The position numbers were made by a program, and so were the translations under genes. 64,000 bases of DNA from a virus (lineage: Duplodnaviria; Heunggongvirae; Uroviricota; Caudoviricetes), in IMG/VR virus record IMGVR_UViG_3300023174_009216; one strand, 5' to 3'. The notes beneath the pieces are model-generated. The model did not search any database and was not told where the DNA came from. It was given only the letters and a program-made list of their open reading frames with translations. Shown one piece after another: positions 9,923 through 16,987 of this stretch. The first letter of the stretch is position 1. Each line of letters opens with the position of its first letter.

Positions 9923-10930
9923 TTATAAACCGAATCTTGATTTATCAGCTGTCCAGTTAGTGTCTATTCCTGATATTCCAAGATCTTTATTGTAAATACG
10001 AACTATACCTAAATCTCCTCCCCAATAATTGGGGTTGTCCCATCTTCTCATTAGACGTATTCCACCCCCAGAAGAAGATGGGAGAGAGCCACCAGTTTGG
10101 GTTGTACTGATTAATGTATTATTTAAATATGTCTTAATCATCTGGCTGGAATCAACTGTTAAAACAATTTGATACCAATTTCCTGGAGTTAAATTAAATC
10201 CTGGTGATTGATGAAATCCGTTATTATAATATCCACCAGCGAATCCCCCTATTGATCCTATAACATAATTTATAACACCGTTAGCAAATACCTCAGATAT
10301 CAAACATGGTGTATCTGCTGTATTAGTACCGCTCCATCTATGCCAAATTTCAACGGTAAAAACAGGAAGCGAAGGCAAGCTTGTGTTACACTGTGCATAT
10401 TGTTCCGTGCTTGGATTGAAAGTGAAATACTTTTCCCCTGTGCCTGTATATGAAGGACCATTATAGAAATTAAATTCCTTACTTCCTATTGAATCTATCC
10501 AAGGACCAGATCCTGCATATGTTTTAGCATTAAGATTTAAAACAAGTCCTTCTGTTACATTCGATATCGTCGAAAAGCTTGTCCAGTATCCATTTGTGTT
10601 TAGCCATTCTTTGGCATTGACCCCGTTTACAAAACTCTGAGAGAATTTTTGATTAACTAATGAAAGAAATGAGACTTCAGTTTTTTCATCAGATCTATAA
10701 AATCCAACCGATGCGGTAACATTAGGTATAGGAGTGGGCTGACTATTATCTGGAACTGATTCACCTATAACGTAACCAAGATTTTCATCTGGTCCATTCC
10801 ACCAGGTCAAGCCTGTTGCATCAAATCCATCAGATGGAAATCCAACAGCTAAGTCCCCGAATTGTTCTGTTCCCGCTATTGGTCCTCCTGTGTTGTATGC
10901 TAACGGAGTTGCTTTTATTATTGGAGGCAT
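9923..10930 (-). CDS. putative virion structural/fibre protein
   Basis: 335 aa, Gly/Ser/Thr/Asn/Trp-rich. Begins MPPIIKA like the other MP-initiated fibre ORFs. Confidence 0.45.
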   Translation of the reverse strand: MPPIIKATPLAYNTGGPIAGTEQFGDLAVGFPSDGFDATGLTWWNGPDENLGYVIGESVPDNSQPTPIPNVTASVGFYRSDEKTEVSFLSLVNQKFSQSFVNGVNAKEWLNTNGYWTSFSTISNVTEGLVLNLNAKTYAGSGPWIDSIGSKEFNFYNGPSYTGTGEKYFTFNPSTEQYAQCNTSLPSLPVFTVEIWHRWSGTNTADTPCLISEVFANGVINYVIGSIGGFAGGYYNNGFHQSPGFNLTPGNWYQIVLTVDSSQMIKTYLNNTLISTTQTGGSLPSSSGGGIRLMRRWDNPNYWGGDLGIVRIYNKDLGISGIDTNWTADKSRFGL

Positions 10931-10970
10931 ATTGTAATTCTTTTGAATTTTATATATCCAAAAATATAGG

Positions 10971-11042
10971 TAGTCCCACCTAGACTCGAACTAGGATATC
11001 AGGTTTAGAAAACCTGCGTTCTATCCCTTGAACTATGGGACC
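10971..11042 (-). tRNA. tRNA-Arg(TCT)
   Basis: Hand-folded cloverleaf. Acceptor GGTCCCA/TGGGACT, D stem GTTC/GAAC, anticodon stem CAGGT/ACCTG with loop TTTCTAA, T arm CCTAG-TTCGAGT-CTAGG. Confidence 0.75.
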
Positions 11043-11138
11043 ATTTCGACATGGAGTAGTCACGGCCACCTCTAATCCTTCCATGTCTGTTTGTAACCGA
11101 AGCAAAATGTGGCTCGACTCTAGTTACAATCTTTTTAT

Positions 11139-11795
11139 TTATCTTCTTTTTAAAAATTTGTTTCTTAAAACTGGAATTAAAAAAGCCATTAAGGTAGCTA
11201 ACGAGAATACTAGATCCACACCCTCTGTGTTTAATCCTTTTGTCCAATAGCTTGCTACCAGCCTTATACCTAATACTCCTATCACCCAATAAGCTATTTT
11301 TTCTAAAAGTGGAACTTCCTCTAGGACTTTTACGAATGCAGTCGTGGCAAATCTCATTGCAAATATACCAATGAATACACCGCCACAGATCAACCAAAGA
11401 TTATCAGTGAAAGCCACAGAAGCAAATACATTATCAATACTAAATACCAGATCCATAATCTCTATCATCACCACAGTTGACCAGAATGTGTTTAGGAAAG
11501 GTATTTTTATAGGTTTAACGTGTCCGTTCTTCTGCTCTTTAAAAAGTGAGCTATAAGCTAAATAAACAAGGTATAAACCTCCTAGAACTTTAAGCCATAG
11601 TATATTGATCAGAACAGAAGCAAACACTAGTGCCAAGCCTCTAAAGACGTATGCACCAATGATTCCATAAGTTAGAGATTTCTTTTGCTGGCTCTTAGGT
11701 AACTGCTTTACCATTGTTGCTAAGACAGCTGCATTGTCTATACTTAGGACTATTTCTAGTAATAAGATATTTAGAAAGATTATTATCTGTGTCAT
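11139..11795 (-). CDS. TerC-family integral membrane protein
   Basis: Multiple TM segments with repeated SIDNAAVLA / SIDNVFA motifs typical of TerC. Confidence 0.7.
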   Translation of the reverse strand: MTQIIIFLNILLLEIVLSIDNAAVLATMVKQLPKSQQKKSLTYGIIGAYVFRGLALVFASVLINILWLKVLGGLYLVYLAYSSLFKEQKNGHVKPIKIPFLNTFWSTVVMIEIMDLVFSIDNVFASVAFTDNLWLICGGVFIGIFAMRFATTAFVKVLEEVPLLEKIAYWVIGVLGIRLVASYWTKGLNTEGVDLVFSLATLMAFLIPVLRNKFLKRR

Positions 11796-12079
11796 AAGGA
11801 TTTATTGATTATAGAATTTTTTCCATTAAAAAATTCGATCATGGAAATTTTTCCACTAAAACAAGATTTTTGGAGAATTTTTTCCATTATACTATTTTTC
11901 TTCTATTGCTTCCCAGGGAAACTCTGTAAGCAAAAGAATTTTATGCATTATCTCTTTATCTATAGCCATTCTCAATTCCTCCACCAAAAAATTAGTTATT
12001 TTACGTTCTGCCTTCTTTTTTTTCAGATATATTCTTTCTCTTCTTTTCATATTGTTTTTTATCTAACCTAAGAATTATG

Positions 12080-12152
12080 TGGACCCAACAGGATTCGAAC
12101 CTGTGACCTCAAAATTATGAGTTTTTTGCTCTACCAGCTGAGCTATGGGTCC
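12080..12152 (-). tRNA. tRNA-Met or Ile2 (CAT)
   Basis: Acceptor GGACCCA/TGGGTCC, D arm GCTC-AGCTGGTA-GAGC, anticodon loop CTCATAA, T arm ACAGG-TTCGAAT-CCTGT. Confidence 0.8.
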
Positions 12153-12163
12153 AGTTATATTTG

Positions 12164-12242
12164 TAGCCAGGACAGGATTCGAACCTGTAATACCGGTTTG
12201 ACCACTCGACGTGGTTGCGTCTATCCATTCCGCCACCTGGCT
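12164..12242 (-). tRNA. tRNA-like gene with Leu-type D arm and atypical anticodon arm (possible TCG anticodon)
   Basis: Acceptor AGCCAGG/CCTGGCT, D arm GCGG-AATGGATAGA-CGC, T arm ACAGG-TTCGAAT-CCTGT. Anticodon region ACCAC-GTCGA-GTGGT gives a 5-nt loop or a 4-bp stem with loop CGTCGAG (G33). 79 nt. Confidence 0.45.
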
Positions 12243-12362
12243 ATTTTTCTTTACTTCTTTTTACCAGTATTAACGGCAATCACAAATAATGATAATGTAC
12301 AGAATACAGTACATACAGGATAAAGTATATGCGTTAAAAAATTTTCCATATTATTTTATTTT

Positions 12363-12458
12363 TCATATTTCTTTTTTATCTTTTCTATGTATTTTTATTC
12401 TAACTCCGAAGAATGTAAAAAACACAATAACAAAAATAAATCCTATAATTAATTTCAT
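12363..12458 (-). CDS. small hydrophobic peptide (31 aa)
   Basis: ATG preceded by the conserved upstream motif AAAACAATAGAAAGTT. Encodes MKLIIGFIFVIVFFTFFGVRIKIHRKDKKEI. Below the ORF-track length cutoff. Confidence 0.3.
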   Translation of the reverse strand: MKLIIGFIFVIVFFTFFGVRIKIHRKDKKEI

Positions 12459-12464
12459 AACTTT

Positions 12465-12674
12465 CTATTGTTTTACGTAGTCCATTGTTTCTCTCATTTT
12501 TGCAATCAATGCTTCCATGCTTTCAGTATTCAAATATAATCTACCATTGTGATAGTCGTCAGCACTTTCTTTAAATTCTATAACGATACCATCGAATTCA
12601 GGTGTAGGCTGTATTCTAATGTCCTGATCGTTTTCTGTTGTGATTTCTGTTTTTATCCAGACTTTACTTTTCAT
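12465..12674 (-). CDS. hypothetical protein
   Basis: 69 aa acidic ORF inside the tRNA region. Confidence 0.4.
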   Translation of the reverse strand: MKSKVWIKTEITTENDQDIRIQPTPEFDGIVIEFKESADDYHNGRLYLNTESMEALIAKMRETMDYVKQ

Positions 12675-12758
12675 ACTATTTAAGTTTTAAGATAGTTTAT
12701 TTTTTCTCGTATAATATTACTTATAGTAACAAAATACGAGAATTTTTAAACTAAAAAG

Positions 12759-12832
12759 CGGATCGGACGGGACTCGAACCCGTGACCTCTGCCGTGACAG
12801 GGCAGCATTCTAACCAACTGAACTACCGATCC
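12759..12832 (-). tRNA. tRNA-Asp(GTC)
   Basis: Acceptor GGATCGG/CCGATCC, D arm GTTC-AGTTGGTTA-GAAT, anticodon stem CTGCC/GGCAG with loop CTGTCAC, T arm ACGGG-TTCGAGT-CCCGT. Confidence 0.85.
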
Positions 12833-12838
12833 TAGCGG

Positions 12839-12911
12839 TACCATGTACGGGGGTCGAACCCGTAATCTTCTCCGTGAAAGGGAGACGACTTAACCATTTG
12901 TCCAACACGGC
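12839..12911 (-). tRNA. tRNA-Glu(TTC)
   Basis: Acceptor GCCGTGT/ACATGGT (two G-U pairs), anticodon stem TCTCC/GGAGA with loop CTTTCAC, T arm ACGGG-TTCGACC-CCCGT. CC encoded. Confidence 0.75.
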
Positions 12912-12997
12912 ATTTTAATTCCTTATATCAAAGAACTCGTTATTTTTATTAACGAAGCAAATATAAAGTTTACGAGGGAAAAGAAAAAATGCTTTTT

Positions 12998-13669
12998 TTA
13001 AATCACCTGTTCTCTGTTATCTATATGAAAAATAACACAGGTATAATATTCTATAAAATGTTCATTCCACAAATCCCATTTTATATTCACACCATTAAGG
13101 GAGAAAACTTCAAAATTTGGAAATTGAGGAAGTATATTATCTCTGAAGTTTCTAAATCTTTCTTTATCTACTTCTGATAAATGCCATTCTCCGACAATCT
13201 TTTTAACTTTTGATTTTATGAATTCCATATTCTCTTCACAAAATATATCATATTCTCCGCCTTCACAATCTGTCTTTAAAAAATCTATTCTTTCTATACC
13301 ATATAATTTTAAAAAAGTAGAGAATTTAATGGTTTCTATTAGTTCTCCTCCTGGTCCCTCATAGTAAACACCAGGCATAAATTTTTGACCATCAGAATTT
13401 GAGATTGCCTTGCTTATGTGTGTAACTGGATGGCCCATTGTATTTTTAACCAGGAGGGGCAAAATAGTCCTTGATGGTTCAAAACAGAAAAAATGTTTAG
13501 CACCCTTATCTAAATTATTATAAGTAAAAGGTCCCCAACTAGCTCCGATATCAACAACTAGATCTCCTGGCTCAACTTCAAAAAACCTAGAATATTGGTT
13601 TATGTCATCAATATATTGATTCACATATTGTTCTTGATCACCTCCCCATTGAAAATTAGTAAAATCCAT
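12998..13669 (-). CDS. SAM-dependent methyltransferase, FkbM family
   Basis: LVVDIGASWGPFT glycine-rich SAM-binding motif followed by FCFEPS, matching the FkbM pattern. 223 aa. Confidence 0.6.
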   Translation of the reverse strand: MDFTNFQWGGDQEQYVNQYIDDINQYSRFFEVEPGDLVVDIGASWGPFTYNNLDKGAKHFFCFEPSRTILPLLVKNTMGHPVTHISKAISNSDGQKFMPGVYYEGPGGELIETIKFSTFLKLYGIERIDFLKTDCEGGEYDIFCEENMEFIKSKVKKIVGEWHLSEVDKERFRNFRDNILPQFPNFEVFSLNGVNIKWDLWNEHFIEYYTCVIFHIDNREQVI

Positions 13670-13753
13670 AGTTTTTATTTTTATATTCTCTTTATACTAA
13701 CAGTGGTTAGGCAAAGTTTCTTCTTGGAAGGAAAAAATGCTTTTAATTTTTTG

Positions 13754-13837
13754 TCGGACAGGTGAGAGTCGAACTCACTCAGCTATAAAGCAACGGTGTT
13801 ACAGACCGTCCTGGCTCTCCAACTCCAGCGCTATCCG
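13754..13837 (-). tRNA. tRNA-Tyr(GTA), class II with long variable arm (bacterial type)
   Basis: Acceptor CGGATAG/CTGTCCG, D arm CTGG-AGTTGGAGAG-CCAG, anticodon stem ACGGT/ACCGT with loop CTGTAAC, 14-nt variable arm with GCT-TTAT-AGC hairpin, T arm GTGAG-TTCGACT-CTCAC. Confidence 0.8.
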
Positions 13838-13843
13838 AAATTG

Positions 13844-13915
13844 AGGACTGGGAGAATTACGATATCTCGACCCCGAAGTTAACAGCTTCGTGCTCTGCCT
13901 CTGAGCTACCAGTCC
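13844..13915 (-). tRNA. tRNA-Asn(GTT) with non-canonical T loop
   Basis: Acceptor GGACTGG/CCAGTCC, D arm GCTC-AGAGGCA-GAGC, anticodon stem CGAAG/CTTCG with loop CTGTTAA. T arm GAGAT-ATCGTAA-TTCTC has A54 and one mismatch. Confidence 0.65.
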
Positions 13916-13967
13916 ATTTTGCTATTATGTTGCAACCAACGTTTTCTTGATGAGGAACGACCTGGTG

Positions 13968-14041
13968 TGCTTATGGGAAGACTCGAACTTCCAACCTTCC
14001 ACGTATCAGGCGGATGCTCTAACCAATTGAGCTACATAAAC
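13968..14041 (-). tRNA. tRNA-Ile(GAT)
   Basis: Acceptor GTTTATG/CATAAGC, D arm GCTC-AATTGGTTA-GAGC, anticodon loop CTGATAC, T arm GGAAG-TTCGAGT-CTTCC. Confidence 0.85.
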
Positions 14042-14161
14042 ATTTGATACGATTGCTGTTATTGGTTCGTATCAGACCTCCCCTTGCCCGTAATATAGTC
14101 TACTCGCTACTGTTATTCGCTTTCACTATACCCTAAAGGTTTGCCGGATGCACTAGTAAGG

Positions 14162-14249
14162 CGGAAAAGGCAGGATTCGAACCTGCGCGCCAGCTTTCAC
14201 CGACGAACGGTTTAGCAAACCGCGGCAGTACCACTATGCTTACTCTTCC
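14162..14249 (-). tRNA. tRNA-Ser(GCT), class II
   Basis: Acceptor GGAAGAG/CTTTTCC, anticodon stem GCGGT/ACCGT with loop TTGCTAA, long variable arm of about 20 nt, T arm GCAGG-TTCGAAT-CCTGC. CC encoded. Confidence 0.75.
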
Positions 14250-14254
14250 TAATG

Positions 14255-14328
14255 TGTTCTGAGCGGGATTCGAACCCGCACTGTATAAATTTTAAGTCTA
14301 TCACCTCTCCCTGTTGGGTTACCAGAAC
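14255..14328 (-). tRNA. tRNA-Leu(TAA), class-I-like (short variable loop)
   Basis: Acceptor GTTCTGG/TCAGAAC, anticodon stem ATAGA/TTTAT with loop CTTAAAA, 5-nt variable loop, T arm GCGGG-TTCGAAT-CCCGC. 74 nt. Confidence 0.7.
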
Positions 14329-14333
14329 TTCTG

Positions 14334-14406
14334 TACTCTTGGTCGGATTCGAACCGACACTGAATGGCTTCTAAGACCATTGCCTCTCCCGTTGGGCTAC
14401 AAGAGC
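14334..14406 (-). tRNA. tRNA-Leu(TAG), class-I-like (short variable loop)
   Basis: Paralogous to the preceding gene. Acceptor GCTCTTG/CAAGAGT, anticodon stem ATGGT/GCCAT with loop CTTAGAA, T arm GTCGG-TTCGAAT-CCGAC. Confidence 0.7.
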
Positions 14407-14412
14407 ATTTGG

Positions 14413-14483
14413 TGTGACAGTGGGTATCGATCCCTATCTAACTGCTTCACAAACAGTCGTGCTACCATTACACTACAGTCACC
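14413..14483 (-). tRNA. tRNA-His(GTG) with encoded G-1 and aberrant T arm
   Basis: Extra 5' G before acceptor GTGACTG/CTGTCAC, D arm GTGT-AATGGTA-GCAC, anticodon stem ACTGT/GCAGT with loop TTGTGAA. T arm GGG-ATCGATA-CCC is only 3 bp and has A54. CCA encoded at 14410..14412. Confidence 0.7.
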
Positions 14484-14489
14484 ATATTA

Positions 14490-14548
14490 AAAATAGCATG
14501 TGTAGGATTGCTCACCTACTTCAGCCGTCGGACTGCGCATGCTATTTT
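14490..14548. repeat. 11-bp inverted repeat AAAATAGCATG / CATGCTATTTT with nested GTAGG/CCTAC hairpin
   Basis: Perfect 11-bp arms at 14490..14500 and 14538..14548. The spacer contains GTAGGATTGCTCACCTAC. Lies between tRNA-His and tRNA-Ser. Confidence 0.6.
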
Positions 14549-14550
14549 GG

Positions 14551-14632
14551 CGGAAAGTGACGGACTCGAACCCCCACGGCTGTTACACCCTCATAGTTTT
14601 CAAGACTACGTACCACTCCTTTGGGACCTTCC
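14551..14632 (-). tRNA. tRNA-Ser(TGA)-like, class II
   Basis: Acceptor GGAAGGT/ACTTTCC, anticodon stem GTAGT/ACTAT with loop CTTGAAA, 17-nt variable region, T arm GGGGG-TTCGAGT-CCGTC (one mismatch). D arm weak. CCA encoded. Confidence 0.6.
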
Positions 14633-14639
14633 TTTTTTG

Positions 14640-14712
14640 ATGCCACAGCTGGATTTGAACCAACACCAACTCAGTCAAAGTGAGTTATGCTAAACCGTTA
14701 CACTATATGGCA
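14640..14712 (-). tRNA. tRNA-Gln(TTG)
   Basis: Acceptor TGCCATA/TGTGGCA, anticodon stem ACTCA/TGAGT with loop CTTTGAC, T arm GTTGG-TTCAAAT-CCAGC. Confidence 0.8.
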
Positions 14713-14804
14713 ATAAAGAAATTAGAGAATTTTTAAAAAGTGTGTGTTTGGGTCAAATTTTCCTTTTGATGATGTAACACTTTCTACCGCTTCTAACTTC
14801 AGTG

Positions 14805-14876
14805 AGCGGGTAAATGGAATCAAACCATCGTCTGCTGGTTGGAAGCCAGCCATAATAATCACTATACGATACCCGC
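14805..14876 (-). tRNA. tRNA-Gly(TCC)
   Basis: Acceptor GCGGGTA/TACCCGC, anticodon stem GCTGG/CCAGC with loop CTTCCAA, T arm GATGG-TTTGATT-CCATT. Ends +/-1 nt. Confidence 0.75.
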
Positions 14877-14883
14877 TTGTTGG

Positions 14884-14956
14884 AGGCCAATCCCAGAGTC
14901 GAACTGGGGACTCATGATTACAAATCACGTATTCTCACCAACTGAACTAATCGGCC
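14884..14956 (-). tRNA. tRNA-Thr(TGT)
   Basis: Acceptor GGCCGAT/ATTGGCC, D arm GTTC-AGTTGGTGA-GAAT, anticodon stem CGTGA/TCATG with loop TTTGTAA, T arm CCCAG-TTCGACT-CTGGG. Confidence 0.8.
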
Positions 14957-15067
14957 ATACTTAAAATATTTTAATGTACCATATACTTGTGTCGATCAAG
15001 TCTAATATCGGATATGAGCCAATATTGGTCGCCGGACCATATGGTAGATAATAATATGTTTAATATT

Positions 15068-15898
15068 TTATATCTTGTCTTGAATCTTATATCTTTCTAA
15101 AAATAAATTAAATTCACTTTCAACAAATTTGGGATTGAATTTTCCCATATCTTTTATAACATAAGGAGAATATCCGCATTTTTTAATCTCCTCTATTTTA
15201 ATTTTATCCCTATTCTGGACCTGTTCTAGTGAATGCGATTTTTTTATTTTTCTATAATGCCAAACTCCATTCCACATTATAGCAATTTTCTCGTTATGTA
15301 AAATTATATCTGCATCCCATCCATTAAAAATATTTTCGTTATTGGTAACATTTTTGAATTTATCTTTACAAAGATCATAAAAAAGTTCTTCATTTTTGCT
15401 TCTCCTACCCTGAACTGAATTCCTTCCACCTACAGATCCAACGCAATTTAAACTGCAATATTTTCTACTTGATTTCTTATTACATTCAAAAACTTTATTA
15501 CAAAGTAAACAGTTTCTTTTATCTTTAAAATTCTTTGTTTTTTGTTTATTTCTATTCTCTTTATTTTTATCGTCTTTGTTTTTATTTCTGAGTGTTTTTG
15601 AAATTTTATTTTTAACTTCTTCATCCAGTATTCTAATATTAGAGCATTTATAAGAACAATTTTTTTTATATTTTCCTTCTATAAATCTTTTATTACTTAC
15701 TAATACTTCATATTCAACTCCACATTTTTCACAATTCAATATTCTTTTTTGTTTAATGTTAGGATTAGATCTCTTAACATTTTCCAAAAATTGATTTCTT
15801 TTTGGATTCATTAAACAATTTGTTTTATGAGCTCCTGGCTGTGTTCTTTTATCGAAGATAAAAGTTTCTTTACAATAATCGCAATTATAAGTATACAT
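15068..15898 (-). CDS. Zn-finger protein with C-terminal PD-(D/E)xK (Vsr/DUF559-like) endonuclease domain, putative homing endonuclease
   Basis: N-terminal half has at least four CxxC pairs and K/N-rich linkers. C-terminus WDADIILHNEKIAIMWNGVWHY fits the D..(D/E)xK nuclease motif. Sits between two tRNA sub-arrays. Confidence 0.45.
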   Translation of the reverse strand: MYTYNCDYCKETFIFDKRTQPGAHKTNCLMNPKRNQFLENVKRSNPNIKQKRILNCEKCGVEYEVLVSNKRFIEGKYKKNCSYKCSNIRILDEEVKNKISKTLRNKNKDDKNKENRNKQKTKNFKDKRNCLLCNKVFECNKKSSRKYCSLNCVGSVGGRNSVQGRRSKNEELFYDLCKDKFKNVTNNENIFNGWDADIILHNEKIAIMWNGVWHYRKIKKSHSLEQVQNRDKIKIEEIKKCGYSPYVIKDMGKFNPKFVESEFNLFLERYKIQDKI

Positions 15899-15962
15899 AG
15901 ATTATATATCATTGCGGCTAATGAAATCGAGCCTATTTAAAAAATCTTTTTATAAAAATAGT

Positions 15963-16049
15963 TGCAGGTGCCGGAATCGAACCGGACGTGTCCTTTGTTA
16001 AGAACTTTGGGTTATGAGCCCAACGAGTTTGACCTCTACTCTAACCTGC
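15963..16049 (-). tRNA. tRNA-like gene, CAT anticodon, 87 nt with 20-nt extra/variable region
   Basis: Acceptor GCAGGTT/CACCTGC (one mismatch), D arm GAGT-AGAGGTCAA-ACTC, anticodon stem TTGGG/CCCAA with loop CTCATAA, then 20 extra nt before T arm CCGG-TTCGATT-CCGG. Confidence 0.5.
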
Positions 16050-16054
16050 GATTT

Positions 16055-16143
16055 TTTCTGGGTTCCTGTTAATTCAGGTATTGATAGTCCACTGACGACT
16101 ATCTGTTTTTACTCCTCAGCAGAGATCTAAACTAAACCCATTG
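16055..16143 (-). other. degenerate tRNA-like cloverleaf / structured spacer
   Basis: Closing stem TGGGTT/AACCCA and three hairpins: CTC-TGCTGAG-GAG, GATAGTC-GTCAGTG-GACTATC (7 bp) and CCTG-AATTAA-CAGG. No canonical T loop. Confidence 0.35.
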
Positions 16144-16220
16144 TAGCCATTCCCAGAATCGAACTGGGGCAATACCCAGCTTGTAAGGCTGGAGCTCTAA
16201 ACCAACTGAGCTAAACGGCT
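16144..16220 (-). tRNA. tRNA-Val(TAC)
   Basis: Acceptor AGCCGTT/AATGGCT, D arm GCTC-AGTTGGTTTA-GAGC, anticodon stem CCAGC/GCTGG with loop CTTACAA, 7-nt variable loop, T arm CCCAG-TTCGATT-CTGGG. Confidence 0.75.
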
Positions 16221-16223
16221 GTG

Positions 16224-16295
16224 TGGACACGTGGGGAATCGAACCCTCATACGAATTGATTGCAAATCAATCGGTCTGCCATTGACTTCCGGCCC
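16224..16295 (-). tRNA. tRNA-Ala(TGC)-like, weak acceptor and D stems
   Basis: Perfect anticodon stem ATTGA/TCAAT with loop TTTGCAA and T arm GGG-TTCGATT-CCC. Acceptor GGGCCGG/CGTGTCC pairs at only 5 of 7 positions. Possible pseudogene. Confidence 0.45.
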
Positions 16296-16301
16296 ATATC
16301 G

Positions 16302-16377
16302 TAGAGTAAGCCGGGGTCGAACCGGCATGAATGTCTACATCCCAAATGTAGCGGCTTTCCAATTAGCCCATTACTCT
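16302..16377 (-). tRNA. tRNA-Pro(TGG)
   Basis: Acceptor AGAGTAA/TTACTCT, D arm GGCT-AATTGGAA-AGCC, anticodon stem CTACA/TGTAG with loop TTTGGGA, 8-nt variable loop, T arm GCCGG-TTCGACC-CCGGC. Confidence 0.75.
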
Positions 16378-16383
16378 ATAAAT

Positions 16384-16407
16384 GCTGGCTGATTAGGCTC
16401 AGCCAGC
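16384..16407. repeat. perfect 9-bp hairpin GCTGGCTGA-TTAGGC-TCAGCCAGC
   Basis: GC-rich perfect inverted repeat directly upstream (on the minus strand) of tRNA-Pro. Confidence 0.6.
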
Positions 16408-16440
16408 TAAGCCAATTTTTTCCACAATGTCAAAGATCTG

Positions 16441-16510
16441 AGGTTAGTGTTGGGATCGAACCAACTCCGTAGATTTTGCAGATCTACTGGCCTCCTAGAC
16501 CAAACTAACC
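16441..16510 (-). tRNA. tRNA-Cys(GCA)
   Basis: Acceptor GGTTAGT/ACTAACC, anticodon stem TAGAT/ATCTA with loop CTGCAAA, T arm GTTGG-TTCGATC-CCAAC. Short D arm. Confidence 0.7.
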
Positions 16511-16556
16511 ATCAATCCAGATTTTAATTATCACGCCAGATCTGGAACTGGACCTG

Positions 16557-16628
16557 TGCTCTCGAAAGGATTCGAACCCTTATTCTCTGATCCGTAGTCA
16601 GATGTTCTATCCATTAAACTACAAGAGC
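16557..16628 (-). tRNA. tRNA-Arg(ACG)
   Basis: Acceptor GCTCTTG/CGAGAGC, D arm GTTT-AATGGATA-GAAC, anticodon stem TCTGA/TCAGA with loop CTACGGA, T arm AAGGG-TTCGAAT-CCTTT. Confidence 0.8.
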
Positions 16629-16636
16629 AATTTTGG

Positions 16637-16707
16637 CGCGGGTTAGACGAATCGAACGTCTCCGGCGAGGTTTTGGAGACCTGCCCGGCTCCTTGCCTGT
16701 AACCCGC
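16637..16707 (-). tRNA. tRNA-Trp(CCA)
   Basis: Acceptor GCGGGTT/AACCCGC, anticodon stem AGGT/ACCT with loop CTCCAAA, T arm AGACG-TTCGATT-CGTCT. CCA encoded at 16634..16636. Confidence 0.7.
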
Positions 16708-16728
16708 TTATTATTTTTGTTCCCCCTA

Positions 16729-16823
16729 ACGGTACTGCCCCGTTTTCCACGAGTTAAAAGCTCGTTACTTCACTTTAAAGCTTAGAGGGATTTTTATACT
16801 CCCTTCCTGCTTTTAGTGAAGGG
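16729..16823. promoter_or_regulatory. cluster of four hairpins upstream of the tRNA array; the last two are mutually exclusive
   Basis: ACGG-TACTGCC-CCGT (16729..16743), ACGAG-TTAAAAG-CTCGT (16749..16765), AGGGA-TTTTTATAC-TCCCT (16786..16804), CCTTC-CTGCTTTTAGT-GAAGG (16801..16823). The last two share the CCCTTCC segment. Confidence 0.4.
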
Positions 16824-16987
16824 AGCTTATGTCTTTCGTTTTCGTTTCATATCTTCTTTACTTTTTTGTAATAGCTTCATAAAATCTTCAATCTCTTCTG
16901 ATCCAATTTTATACTCTTTGGATTTTGATTTTTTTAAATCATCGAATGTTGAATATTTAGTTAGCTTTTTCATTTTCATTTTTTATG

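Noticed and set aside
11005-11397. Overlapping ORFs 11005..11397(-) and 11035..11250(+)
   Set aside because: They overlap tRNA-Arg(TCT) and the 3' end of the TerC gene, and translate to low-complexity Cys/Arg-rich sequence. The 7-bp inverted repeat GACATGG...CCATGTC (11049..11088) here looks like a terminator structure for terC instead.
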